The notes under the pieces are model-generated. The model made no database searches and had not been told where the DNA came from. It saw nothing but the letters and a program-made list of their open reading frames with translations. Positions 50,335-62,349 of a stretch of 64,000 nucleotides of DNA are shown here, one piece after another. The stretch lies in NCBI GenBank assembly GCA_030264375.1, contig JASCQW010000001.1, positions 126,266,909-126,330,908 on the forward strand, written 5' to 3'. Each line of letters begins with the position of its first letter. Within the stretch, counting starts at the first letter, position 1. Both the position numbers and the translations under genes were made by a program. This DNA comes from Carcharhinus longimanus (taxonomy: Eukaryota).

Positions 50335-52039
50335 GTAAGATATATCTTTGGGGTCCTGTAATTTCATCGATGAAGGAGTTCAGTTTTGTATTCAAATATT
50401 ACTTTATAATTATTATTAAAAATCATTTTACATTTTCATATGCATATTCCAGACATGTGCAAAGCACATCAATGGATGAGCATTATGATTGCTGCTTTGA
50501 CAACAAACACGGATGTGGGTTTGGAACTGCACCGCACCACCCAGCGAGTTGCAGTATGCCTCAACTTTTTGAGGACAACTGTGTGAATGAAGTATCACTT
50601 TGTTATATAGCCACTTACTTGAGCCAACTAAAATGTTCCCTTTGGTAACTTTACCACGAGGGGTGATACTGTTTTACTTTGTACTATAGGCTGCAATGTA
50701 ATGTGATAGTAATGGAGCACTATAAATAGACTCAGTAAGAATAAAGGAACAAGCTCAGCTTCCCACTTTTGATCAGCTTGATGACCTGGTGGAAAGTGTG
50801 GTTGTGCTGAGGTGGTCTAGAATTTCCAGCAGACTTGTACCATTGTTATCACCCATTAGCTAGAATGCACAACAGCAGCTTCAATTTATAGTGCCCTAAA
50901 GACCAACTAAGGGCACTTTGCAAAGAGAGATAATCAAAACGAAGGATACTGGTTTCAGGAGAAAAAAAAAAATCAAAGTTTTGGGGGGATTTGTGATGAC
51001 CAAAGTAAGCTGTGTAGACAGTGAGATTGCATTTGTAGGAGTAGGTTATCCCTGGTTTTTCAGCTGGTTGACAATTAATGTGCACCAGGTAGCTCTTCCT
51101 TGATGTTGATGGGAGACCATCTGGTATGTTACCATTGGCTACAGACCCTTCATGTGGAATTCCAAAATCAACCTTAATGTTTTTCTCTTGTATTATAACA
51201 GAATATGTTTGAAAAAGTCCAAGTAAATGCATTCCTCAAAAATGGATGAATGAATGAGCTGTTTCATGTTTAGCTACATTTCTCTGATTTGATGGAGAGC
51301 TGAGAATAGCAATGTTAGATTCTGGCAGTAAGTTCTTATCCAACTTCATTTGCCATAAGCTAATCCAGTGGGTCAGGTCTTGTCAATTACCAATTCATTT
51401 GCAGCATAAAAAATAGTTCTACACATCTGCCTGCTGTCAACTGTGGTGATTCCCTGTTTGTGAACTCACACATGCAAAATTTCTGGGTGAGGCAATACGT
51501 CACCTGAGGAACCACTTCTGCAGGGTCTGACAATTTGCCCAAACAATATAAATGCATCTCTTCCTATAGCTTTGAGTGCAGGGATGATGGGTGGATACAA
51601 AAAGCCTTAGTTGCTGCCTGCCCAGCTTGGTATCCCTTCTCCAAAAAAGAAAAATACAGGCAGATACTCTTTGAAATACATACTCCAGTGCGATCATTTA
51701 CATGTGAAGAAAAGCAATGGCTCAAGATTTGTTCACATGTATTAGGCCAGCAAAGAGAAAATGATCCTTTAAATGTTTTACCAATATTTACCTAAGTCTC
51801 CTTTACCACTGCCCTTCCTGGCTGCCCCTTTTGATGGACATATATGAGTCAATGATAAGACGTAAGTATTATTGTAGCCTTATTTTAATAATTCAACTTG
51901 TAAACTAGTTCAGTCGTCTAAATCATTCAGGGAGCTGAGGTATTGCTTTTAGCTGTGCATCTGTAATCCTCAACTTTTTTTTACAGAATTAGCTTCCCAA
52001 CAGATTTGATTTATTAGGTATATTAATCTAAGAACATAA

Positions 52040-52352
52040 GGGGCTGCACAGTGGCACAGTGGTTAGCACTGCTGCCTCACAGCGCCAGGGACCTGTGTTC
52101 GATTCATGGTTTGAGTGATTGTCTGTGTGGAGTTTGCACATTCTCCCTGTGTTTGCGTGGGTTTCCTCCGTGTGCTCCGGTTTCTTCCCANNNNNNNNNN
52201 GAAAGACATGCTTGTTAGGTGCATTGGCCAAGCTAAATTCTCCTTCAGTGTACCTGAACTTGCACCAGAATGTGGTGACTAGGGGAATTTCACAGTAACT
52301 TCTTGCAGTGTTGATGTAAACCTACTTGTGACAATACTAAATAAAGTTTAAA
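52040..52352 (+). mobile_element. V-SINE with an alternative, non-CR1 tail
   Basis: Same head and core as the HE1-like copies; tail cacagtaacttc...cctacttgtgacaatactaaataaa is shared with 63096-63390. Confidence 0.85.
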
Positions 52353-53300
52353 AAAGAATATATAAAAAAAAGGAGCAGACCGTAGGACCTGTTGAACCTA
52401 CTCCAACATTCAATACAGTCACGGCTGATCTACGGCTTCAACTTCATTTTCTCACCTGCTCCACTTAGTTTTAAATATATTTAACGTTGGAGCATCTACA
52501 GGCCTCTGTGGTAGATAATTCCAAAGACCTTTTCAGTGAAGAAACATTCCTTCATCTCAGTCCTAAGTGATCAACCCCTTACCCTGTCTCTACCACCCAT
52601 GTTCTAGATTTCCCAGCCAGAGTTAACACCTCTCAGTATCTACCCTGTTAAGCCTCTTTAAAATCTTTTATGTTTCCATGAGAGGACCTCTCATTCTTGT
52701 AAATGCCAGATAATAAAGATACAGTTTACTGAGCCTTTCACCATAGGACAACCCTCTTATCCAGACATCAATCTACTGAACTTTCTCTCTGCTAACGCCC
52801 CCGATGCATGTATGTTCTTCCTTCGTTATGGAGACGAAACTATACACAGCATTCCAGCTGACAAAACATGATACAATTTTGGCAAGACTTCTGTACTCTA
52901 ATAAAGGCCAACATGCCATTTGTCTGGCTAACTGCTTGCTGTACCCTGCATGCTTTCTGTGTTACTTGTACAAGCACACTCAAGTGCCTCTGAACATCAA
53001 TGTTAAAAAAACTCATTATTTTTAAAGTTACAAAGCCACTGTGAGAGTGGACTGGGCAAACCAGAATCCATCTCTTCGTTGCTCCAAGAAGCAAATTCAA
53101 ACTCAATCCAATTCATGGTCCCCACAAGAAAGACAAGCTGAAAGAAAAATCCACTTGGGTTTGTTCTGATGCTTGATCTTAGCCAAAAGGCTTTCAACGT
53201 CAACATTTAAAGTTTTACAATTTGCGTTCTAATCTCATGATTTAAGTGAATAGCCTTCCACTTCCCCAAATTATACTCCATCTGCCAGATTGTTGCTCAT
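52353..53300 (-). mobile_element. CR1 LINE 3' portion, decayed
   Basis: ORF 52840-53106 VQRHLSVLVQVTQKACRVQQAVSQTNGMLAFI resembles the CR1 C-terminus; 3' UTR at the left end. Confidence 0.75.
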
Positions 53301-53431
53301 TCACCTGTGTATATCACATTGCATGTCTCGATTGTTAACGTAACCGAAAATTGTCAATTAATGTTCAAGCATAGCTTGTACCTAATAAATTATTTCAACA
53401 TTTTAAAAAATATAATATGCATTTTATGTAG

Positions 53432-53516
53432 GTGCTCTAACTTTACGTGATGTATTAAGTGCAGCCAATGCCATCAGTACGCAAATTGAACTAATAAGAG
53501 TGAAGAGAGCACAGAG
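53432..53516 (+). CDS. Candidate exon E: GALTLRDVLSAANAISTQIELIRVKRAQ
   Basis: Acceptor cattttatgtag, donor GAG|gtaagt. 85 nt, phase 1 to 2; the frame set by exon D is open across it. Confidence 0.75.
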
Positions 53517-53800
53517 GTAAGTGGCAAAATTTTTTCAACATTTATAGCAACTCCGTGACAAGGTTATGAACAGAAAGGCCCTTTTCTTCACAGTACTGAA
53601 CCCTTCATAATGCAGTATTTGTTTTTTCATACTTCAGTGCAACATAAATACATAAGAAATGTGTGCTATATAAAATATGTGTCTTGGATTTTGAACATTT
53701 ATCAGATTTTAAGATGAAAATGGTTAAATAAAAATAATTGAAAAAACATCAGATTAGCGATTCATTTCTTTAGCTCAACTGTTCTATTTCTGTTTTTAAG

Positions 53801-53883
53801 CGTATCACCTTCTCAGTCTCGAACTGTATTAAACGTTAAGACAAAAAGCCCTCCACAAAGTGCTCTACCTCATTCTGCTAAAG
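53801..53883 (+). CDS. Candidate exon F: SVSPSQSRTVLNVKTKSPPQSALPHSAK
   Basis: Acceptor ttctgtttttaag, donor AAG|gtaaga. 83 nt, phase 2 to 1, in frame with exon E. Confidence 0.65.
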
Positions 53884-56800
53884 GTAAGAAAAAATATTTT
53901 CAGTGTATATAGTCCATTCCCAAAGGCTGATACAAATAGGAGTGCGGAAGTTGGAACATGGCATAGCTGCAGTTAGAAGATCACAAGACAAATACAGATG
54001 AGCGTTTGAACATATTAGCAAAGAAAGTTGTCCCCACTGTAGCAACTGGTTGTTTGTTAAATGTTTCATTATTCATCCCCATCATACGGCAATCCATGCG
54101 TGAAGAACCTCTTGTAATCAATTCTAAATATGCTTTTGATAAGGTTGAACCTATAGGAGCTTTGTCTTTGCCATACAATCTCTTCCATAAGATCTAGCCT
54201 CTCTTTCTGGCTAGCTGCGACGAGGAAAAAGTCAAATATTGCCATTCTGGTCTCTCTGAAGGGTTTTTGGGAAGCTGTTTTTCTGGGTTTCTTGACTTCA
54301 GAGCAACTCCCCCCTTGCCATTGGTGCTGAACCTAGATCTGCTGGCTTGGGTTTCTCTGCTTTTCTTGCCAGGTGCAGCTGTCTCCCTAACATTTGTCCT
54401 AAAGCCACACTAGTGGTGGTTGCTCTCCCTCCCCCAGGCTGATTAGGGAACTGCCCTATTTTCAATACTCGTTTCCCGAATCCTTTCACTCTCCTATGCC
54501 ATTAATAGCAAATGTAACTGATTCACTTCAAGTATCTCAGAATTGTTAAAGTCAATCAATGTACATACACCAATTCCATTTCAGATTTGAAGCTCTTTGT
54601 CCCATTTTTGTTATTTGCATGGTCAACATATCAGACAAAGAATGGACACGCAAATAGTGGGCAGCTACAAGGATAAGCAGGGCTGCTTCACAAAGAAAAA
54701 GGAGCAGAATGTGACAGCTTTAGGAAATTATTAGGATTGACACTTATTATCAGCAAAGCTAAACAGTTGACAAACTCATTTAAATAGCTGCACCATTTAG
54801 TTTTCCCCCAATTTTCACTTCTGTTTCAAAATGTGTTATACATTAGTGTACTTGCTCTTTGATGTCTAACCCTATTCATTCTTCACCTGTGGGCCATTTC
54901 TTCGAATGTTGATAGTCTCGCCCTTTCAGTTTGTTCACAGGCAATGCTAGTTTCCAACTAGGATTTCAACTTTCCAGGATTGTCTTTGGATTGTCAGGAA
55001 TAAACATTAACCTAGACAGTGCTATAAGGAATTTGGGGAGAAATCATACAAATCTTAAAATATTTGTGTACCTTTTTTTGTCTAAAGGCATTGGAGATTG
55101 GAGGTATGGTGAGNNNNNNNNNNNNNNNNNNNNNNNNNNNNNNNNNNNNNNNNNNNNNNNNNNNNNNNNNNNNNNNNNNNNNNNNNNNNNNNNNNNNNNN
55201 NNNNNNNNNNNNNNNNNNNNNNNNNNNNNNNNNNNNNNNNNNNNNNNNNNNNNNNNNNNNNNNNNNCGCACTGATGGTCAGCTAATTTGATGGAGGGATA
55301 AATGCAGGGTATCAGCATTTTCTGCGGTGCAAGTACAGGAGCAAATGCAGGTAAGTGGGAATGGTGTTGAGCAAAGTTTTACACAGGGAAAACCCTGGTG
55401 CTGTGTTACAAGAGATTTGGGATTTTCATGGGAAGAGAGCTTCAAGCAAACAGATTGGGGAGCCCCACTGTCCTGAACTTCTGACTCCATAACCCTGCCA
55501 TAATATCACCATTTGTGGCGCTGCATTCAATGGTCTTCTGCTAAAACACTGATCAATCCCTTCTAATTTCACTGTCCCACAGTGTTCTCCTGGCCAATCT
55601 CCTACCCTCCACCATCTGTAAAGTTCAGACTGTCCAGACACTCTTGACTGTATTTCATTTGGCATTGAATCTCACTTCATTATCTCTGTGCTTGCTTACT
55701 TACACTTCCAAATCCCCAAGACCTCAATTTTAAAATTCTAGTCCTCACCTTTTGCTATTGCCAGCCATATAATCCTGCAAGAGTTCTGCATGACTCCAAC
55801 TCTTAGTACTTGTGCTCCACTATTGTCCACTGTACCTTTGGCCACTTAGACCACAGGAACATAGAAAATAGGAGCAGGAATAGGCCAGTCGGTGCTTCGG
55901 GCTGGCTCCCCCTTTCACTAAGATCATGGTTGATCATCCAACTCAGCAAGCTGTTTTTACTTTCCCCTCCACTTTGAAATTCCCAACCTAACTTTTTTTG
56001 AATTTCCGAATTAAAATTCATCTCTTTGGCAAAGCTTTCAGTCACTCTTTCTAATTTCTTCTTCTCAGCTTTGACTTACATCAAAATTACATTTCTTGGT
56101 ATGTTTTCCTACATTTAAGGTGTTATGTAAATGAGAGATGTTATGAAACCTACAGATCTTATAGTACACTGCAAAAATCTGTTTTCATTGATCCAGCAAC
56201 TGAATATGTTAAGTTGTTTAAAATTGTACATACTTTGAAATGTGGAGGATTTATCTCATTTCCATATTTAATCTTTTTAAAAATTATTACAAATCAAAAT
56301 GCCACATTAGCATGGACTCTCTCAAAGAGAAATCTCGCTGAAGTAATAGGCTTACATCGAGGCCCTGCAGAGGTACAACCAATGATGGTGCGAGGCACTA
56401 AGATGAGTTGCTGAAGTGACCTTGATTCTTCAATATCAGTGTACTTGCTGTGTCTTTGACCTGTCAACTTCATCCATGTATTGAGGACAACAATGAATTG
56501 CAATGCAATGAGAAATATTAAAAGAAATAAAAAGATCAAACTTGTTTCATTGCCTTTCTAAGGGTTTTACTAAGTGCTCATCAGATCTTTGGAGCGATGT
56601 GACTCATTATTCAAAACATTGTTCCAGAAATTGTTGGAAGCATGCAGTTCCTGGAATCAGCCATTATTACCATGTAAAAATCCCAGCAACTTACTCCAAC
56701 AAGAGGTAGGACATGAGTTCCAATTCATCAGAAATTACTGGAAGATTTGCACTACTCTGCCATTAGGTCTGCCAAAACTAATAGAATTATCATTGCACCA

Positions 56801-57879
56801 TGAGCCTTGCCATTGTGTGTTATGACTTTGTTTGATTTGCACTATTAATACACATTAGCCAGGATTATCTGGCCTCTGTGTAGTTTCTTTTTGGTGATGG
56901 GAGGCGACATGCCATAGGCCAGTGGTGGGATCCTCTGGTGCTACCTCTATCAATGGGATTTTCCATTTAGCATGTGGCAGAGATGTGCCATCAGCAGGAC
57001 CAGAAGATCCCATTGGCATGAAGAGCCAGAAGATTGTGAATTTCACCATTACCTTTTGAGCTGGTACCCTATATCATAACGACCCTGCTAATGGTTCAAT
57101 TTCTGGTTCTGATGTCTCATACAACTTTGGAAACCCAAAATTAGAACAGTGGATTGTGAAATTTTACTTCCTTTGACGATAACATGTTCCTATTTTTAAA
57201 AAAATTATTTACTTTCCTATCACTTTTTTTATCTCTTTATTTCCTTTCAATTCTAATTTGATCTCATTTCACCCTATTTCCTTCTCTGGCATTACTTCAT
57301 ACGAACATAAGTCTAAGAACAGGAATAGGCCATATGGTCTCTCAAGCCTGCTCTGCCGTTCGATAAGATCATGGCTCATCTTTTCATGGACTCAGCTCCA
57401 CTTACCTGCTACTCACATAACCCTTAATTCCTTTACTGTTCAAAAATTTATCTATCCTAGCCTTAAAATTTCCTTATTCTTAAATTTCTTTACTCTGTTA
57501 CATACACCATTGAATCTGATCTTCACAAGGTTCCAGATGCCTCGTTGACCTCACTGTGGTGTTATTGATTCACTGTGGTGTTATTTCCCAGAGCTTTCAG
57601 TACAAAAATAATAATCCCTGAAGGGTGATGTAAAAGAAAATCTAACTTATGGCACTTCTTACTTATACCACTCTAACTTGTATCACTCCAGCAATTTCTT
57701 GGCTTTTGCTACCATTAATGGACAACTCGATCACAATGCATTTTAATGATGAAAACTTTTCAAATAGCTACCATGTGGGACATTTTAAGGAGTATATTTT
57801 AAGAAGTATTTGAGAAATAACAAACATTTTGATAAAATGCATAACTATGAACTCTTGGGAGTACATTGGATATCATTCT

Positions 57880-58165
57880 CCTAGTTTTAATGTTATCTAC
57901 ACTCAAAGTTACTGATTAAATGTTAGAGCCAATGGAATTATTTGAAAACATGCAGAACTTTTAAGTGTGCTGGCAAACATTCAACCCGCACTATAGAAAC
58001 AGATTAATTGGTCCTTCTTAATACAGTTTGTTGGATCTCAAGCACAAACACCGATTATTCACAAAAATAATTGTGACTTCATTTCAAAACGTATTTTATT
58101 GAATTTGATGCTCTCGGGATGTCTCTAGAAATATGGTAAGGTGCTATTCACATGTAAGTTTTTTT
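57880..58165 (+). mobile_element. Very old Deu-domain SINE relic
   Basis: gtgtgctggcaaacatt...aaacagattaattggtc...gtgacttcatttcaaaa...ggtgctattcacatgtaagt. Confidence 0.45.
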
Positions 58166-60539
58166 TCCATTTCTAACCATCCAGTATCATTTGTAGGATT
58201 AATAGGCCAATAAAAGTGAACATTTTTGAGGGGATTTATGTTATTACATTGCAGTTTTTGTTATTCCTGTGATCACAGCAGCATTGAAAATATTTGGAAT
58301 GATTCTTGTATGATGTAATAATGTTTATTGAGGCAGGTTTTCTGTTAAGCTGCAATGCCTACAGGTGTGTCATGGGGCAGGATTTTCTGTTGCCATTTGA
58401 CTGCATCCCTGAGTTATTTCCTGGAATCATTATCCTTCCAGGATCAACCATCTGAGTAAAAGTAACCTTTTACAATGTAACTCTTTTCCCACTGACAGTC
58501 CTTATTGAAGCTGGATGCAAGAAAAACACCAGCATTCTCGATGTCCAGGGTTGTTAAAGCACAGTTGACAAAAACAATCATGTGATGGCTACCCTGTCAT
58601 TTGCATCATGTGATTGGACGGCTTTCAAGGAAACATCCAACATTTGCCCATGTCAGATAATGACATTTTATTGGCACTATTGGCTCTGTGTCTCAGCTTT
58701 CTTTGGGAATAGGTATCTCTGCCTCTGTAAGTTTCCTAGCAGATTGATGTTGGTGCGTAGGGCCAGTTGGTGTGCACACACGATCTTACATGGAGCATAA
58801 CCTACTTGATCATCCACCATTGATTCTGTTCTTTCAAATATTTCAACTAGGGAAATCCCAAAAAATGGTGCAGTTTCAAAAATGGAAATGTAGTGTAATG
58901 GCAGTCTTTCCTGAGCCAGTTTCCTGTTGAGTGCATGCAAATTGTTAATGATTCAGTCAAATCATATGCTCCATTTTTGCCTTTGGCGCTCATAATCAAA
59001 CCACTAAATTAAACTGATGTCCTGGTTTGTTTGATTCTTTATTGAAGGCAGAAGAGAATTTTAATGGACTCAATATTACAGTGGGAAACATTTCTTCCTT
59101 TCTTTCTGTTTAATATCTGCTGTTTCTAACTATTTTGCCATCCACATTTGTTCCATTTGTTTCTGGCCCATCATTCTCCCTCCCTTACTATTGTGATTCC
59201 TTGATGATAACTTTGCTTTTTGGAAAGAAGAGGAACAATACAGGGGTCAAGCTGGTAATGTTGCATTACACGGTCATGGTGTGTACCCTTATATAAGGAT
59301 ATGCAGGCAGAGGCACTAACTGCATTGCGCCTTTCCTTTTGAAAGAAAGTAGGAGATGTACAGTTCACTTACACCATTCACATTACTTTATTAGTGGCTG
59401 TTAAGTTCACCATTGTCCGTCATGTGTAACATAAGTTAAACCGATATGCACGGATGTATTAAACAAATCACTGATGCATTGTTCTCCAGAGCTAGCTATT
59501 TTGTCAGTGGGAGCAATGAGTGACCACATGACCAAACATTGCTGTTTTACTGAATGATAGGAATCCTAGATTACACCCATATGCCCTTAAGTGCACATTT
59601 TATCAATTATTATCTGCATGTTAATGGGAAAGGATTACATTCTTACAATGTGCAGCTTATTTGTGCGCAGCAGCACACCACCAACCAACTGAATGCTCAC
59701 TTCCCTGGCAACTACTCTAAGGCCTTTAATTTAAAACAGTCTATGAGAAAGACCTGGTTTTGTGTGTATGCTCAAAAATCAAGATTTTACTCTGCACTCT
59801 GTGTATTTTCTTGGGATCTTGTTTGAATGCTTTAACAACATTATTCATAAGCCAGAGTCATTATTGACTGTGCTATAAGCATGTTGAACCTGCATTTCAG
59901 ATGTCTGAACTGACATGAAGAAATCCTACTATATACCAGCAAAAGTCTAAAGAATTACTTTGTTGTACTCCATCTAGCATAACTTGACCTTACGCCACAC
60001 CTCCTTATTAGGGGCTGGTGGATGATGGTGCCAAAAGAGCAAGGTTATCAGCAAGAAGTTTCCTCTTTAATATATTAAAGATAACCAATTGCCAGCTGCA
60101 AGAGACATTCATGACAGTATGATACGGAATATTGCCTCTTGATTATTGTATTGGACTGTTGTTTGAAAAGCCACGTCTACATTTTCCTAATCCCATTGCA
60201 CGTATGTAATTATATGTCCTTCTCTGGATGCATCAATTTAATAGTGTCCGATCATCTACTTTGATTAAAAAAACGTATAAACTTGGCCAAGAAGAAAAGT
60301 CTAAAACTTCTGAGCAGTGAGCGATCACTGCTATACTGGAAGATCTCATCGACTTGATGGTGCTGTGTATCTCTTGTGGGATCTTCTGAGGACATGCGCC
60401 CTTTTTAACTACACTAGGTGCTGTATGGTTAGTTTGAAGATCCAGTCTTTGAATGTGACTGAACGGATGGATGACTGGGTTGGTGGTGAGGGTTGGGTGG
60501 TGGTCCGATTGTGGGGTAGTGGGGCCTGATCGAGAGTAT

Positions 60540-60848
60540 TAAGAACATAAGAAATAGGAGCAGGAGTAGGCCATCTAGCCCTTCGAGCCTGCCCCGCCAT
60601 TCAATAAGATCANNNNNNNNNNNNNNNNNNNNNNNNNNNNNNNNNNNNNNNNNNNNNNNNNNNNNNNNNNNNNNNNNNNNNNNNNNNNNNNNNNCTTCTA
60701 AACTCCAATGAGTACAGACCCAGTCTATTTAGTCTCTCTTCATAGTCCAACCCCCTCATCTCCGGTATCAGTGAACCTCCTCTGCACTCCCTCCAAGGCC
60801 AAAATATCCTTGCACAAGTACGGTGACCAAAACTGCACACAGTACTTT
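60540..60848 (-). mobile_element. Young CR1 3' end around a gap
   Basis: PEMRGLDYEERLNRLGLYSLEFR and a tail identical to the 29479-29549 copy. Confidence 0.9.
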
Positions 60849-61883
60849 CCGTGCAATTTCTGCATCATTCCATGCAGCAGGATTTCCACAGGATCTCATT
60901 TCGCATCTTCAGTCATTCTTCTGGTCTCATATAATCCAGAGACCAAAACATTTGGATCAATGTCACATACCCAGCAACTTTAATGCTTTTATAATTTTCA
61001 TCAAATCCACATCATTTTTGGGTACCTGGCATTTTTTAACTTTGTGTTTCCCCTTCGTGGCAATATGTGACATATATGCACTTAAATTTAACCTTGTGCT
61101 TTTCCTATGTGCTGCCTGAGTTGTAGGGGTCAGATAGGTGGTAGAATTCTGAATTTTTGGGAACTCAGCAGCAGCAGGGAACTGAGATGAGCCTGTCAAA
61201 AGTTTGTGTGTTGCAAGTCCAGCGTGCCTTGGTTCCATGTATGGACCTTAGGTGGTGTTGGTCGGACACCCTGAATATTTTGTTAATCCTGAAAGAAAGA
61301 TAGCAACACCATGCTTACCTGTTTCTGTCATGCCTCAGTAGTGGACATTCTTTAATATACATTAATCTATAAGGAAACAGAGCAGACGATAACAATAAGA
61401 TCTGTGAGCCAATTTGAGAAAATTTTCTGTATCCCAATTGTTTGGAGGTTTGAAGAATTGGCTCTTTTCTAATTTGATACTCAAAATTCTATGGCGCCTG
61501 ACCATCTATGAAGAAAACACATAATGCTGTAATTCCTTGTAGTGTGAAGGCCTCCACTGCAGATGTGTTGGTAGCTGTTTTGTCCTCTGGAATGAACTCT
61601 AGCTTGGCACTGCAAATAAATTTTTTGGGTAATGGACAGTAACTACTTATGAACCATTACCTTCAATACATTGTTTGGTATAGTACCCAGTCTTGGCACA
61701 TTGATTTGAAGCGTGGCACTTATTCTTTTATATGAAGTATCTTTGAGAGTTGAAATCCAAGATTATTTAGCAAAAGGGCAATTTATTCTGACTTTCAGCA
61801 ACATACCCTACCCAAAAGTTTTGATGTCATTTTTGTGTTCAAATGCACTCAAAAATAGTCATCATTATAATAAATTAACATAC

Positions 61884-62340
61884 CTTTATCAAATGCTGGA
61901 AGTAACCCATCACATCAAAAAATCCATCCACGGTGCTGTAATGGCAGAACAACATGAAGCACAACTGGTCTCTGAAGGCATGCAGCTGGCGAGTAGACTC
62001 CCAGGGGGTTCAGGTGAATGCAGAGCTCGGAGGAGAGGGTCATGCCCAGGCAGTACTGTGGTGCCAGCTTGATGCGATAGTAGTGCCAGGGATGCAGCGT
62101 GGTGAACTGGTTTGCCTTCTGTGCGCTGTACTTAAAAATGGTGCTGCAGATCATTGAGTGTCTAAGTTGACGGCAAGGTGTTTGACTCAGAGGCCACCTG
62201 CCAGTGAAATATTGTGGGACCCGTGACTTTAATTTTTTTTTCCCAAAAATGCTGCACTATATGGAGGAGAAAGCCACCATTGCTATTGGTGACTTCAATT
62301 ACGTTTTTCTTGCTCAAGGTTGGCCTTTGCCGATATCAGG
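61884..62340 (-). pseudogene. Probable EnSpm/CACTA transposase C-terminal relic with frameshifts
   Basis: Reverse complement of 62275-62183 reads GFLLHIVQHFWEKKIKVTGPTIFHWQVASES, fitting HxxxHxxxxIxxxGPxxxxWxxxxE. The segment ends at AAG|gtatgt. Confidence 0.5.
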
Positions 62341-62349
62341 AAAAATTCC

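Noticed and set aside
58499-58557. Possible next or terminal exon VLIEAGCKKNTSILDVQGC*
   Set aside because: Phase-compatible with exon F, but short, with no good donor and no other support.
24240-60840. Long ORFs in the track full of X (for example 34353-35480, 45878-46615, 26178-26708)
   Set aside because: They read through N gaps and are artefacts.
62020-62100. Fibronectin type III-like pattern LHPWHYYRIKLAPQYCLG
   Set aside because: Only a partial pattern; the adjacent CACTA-like motif and the frameshifts explain the region better.
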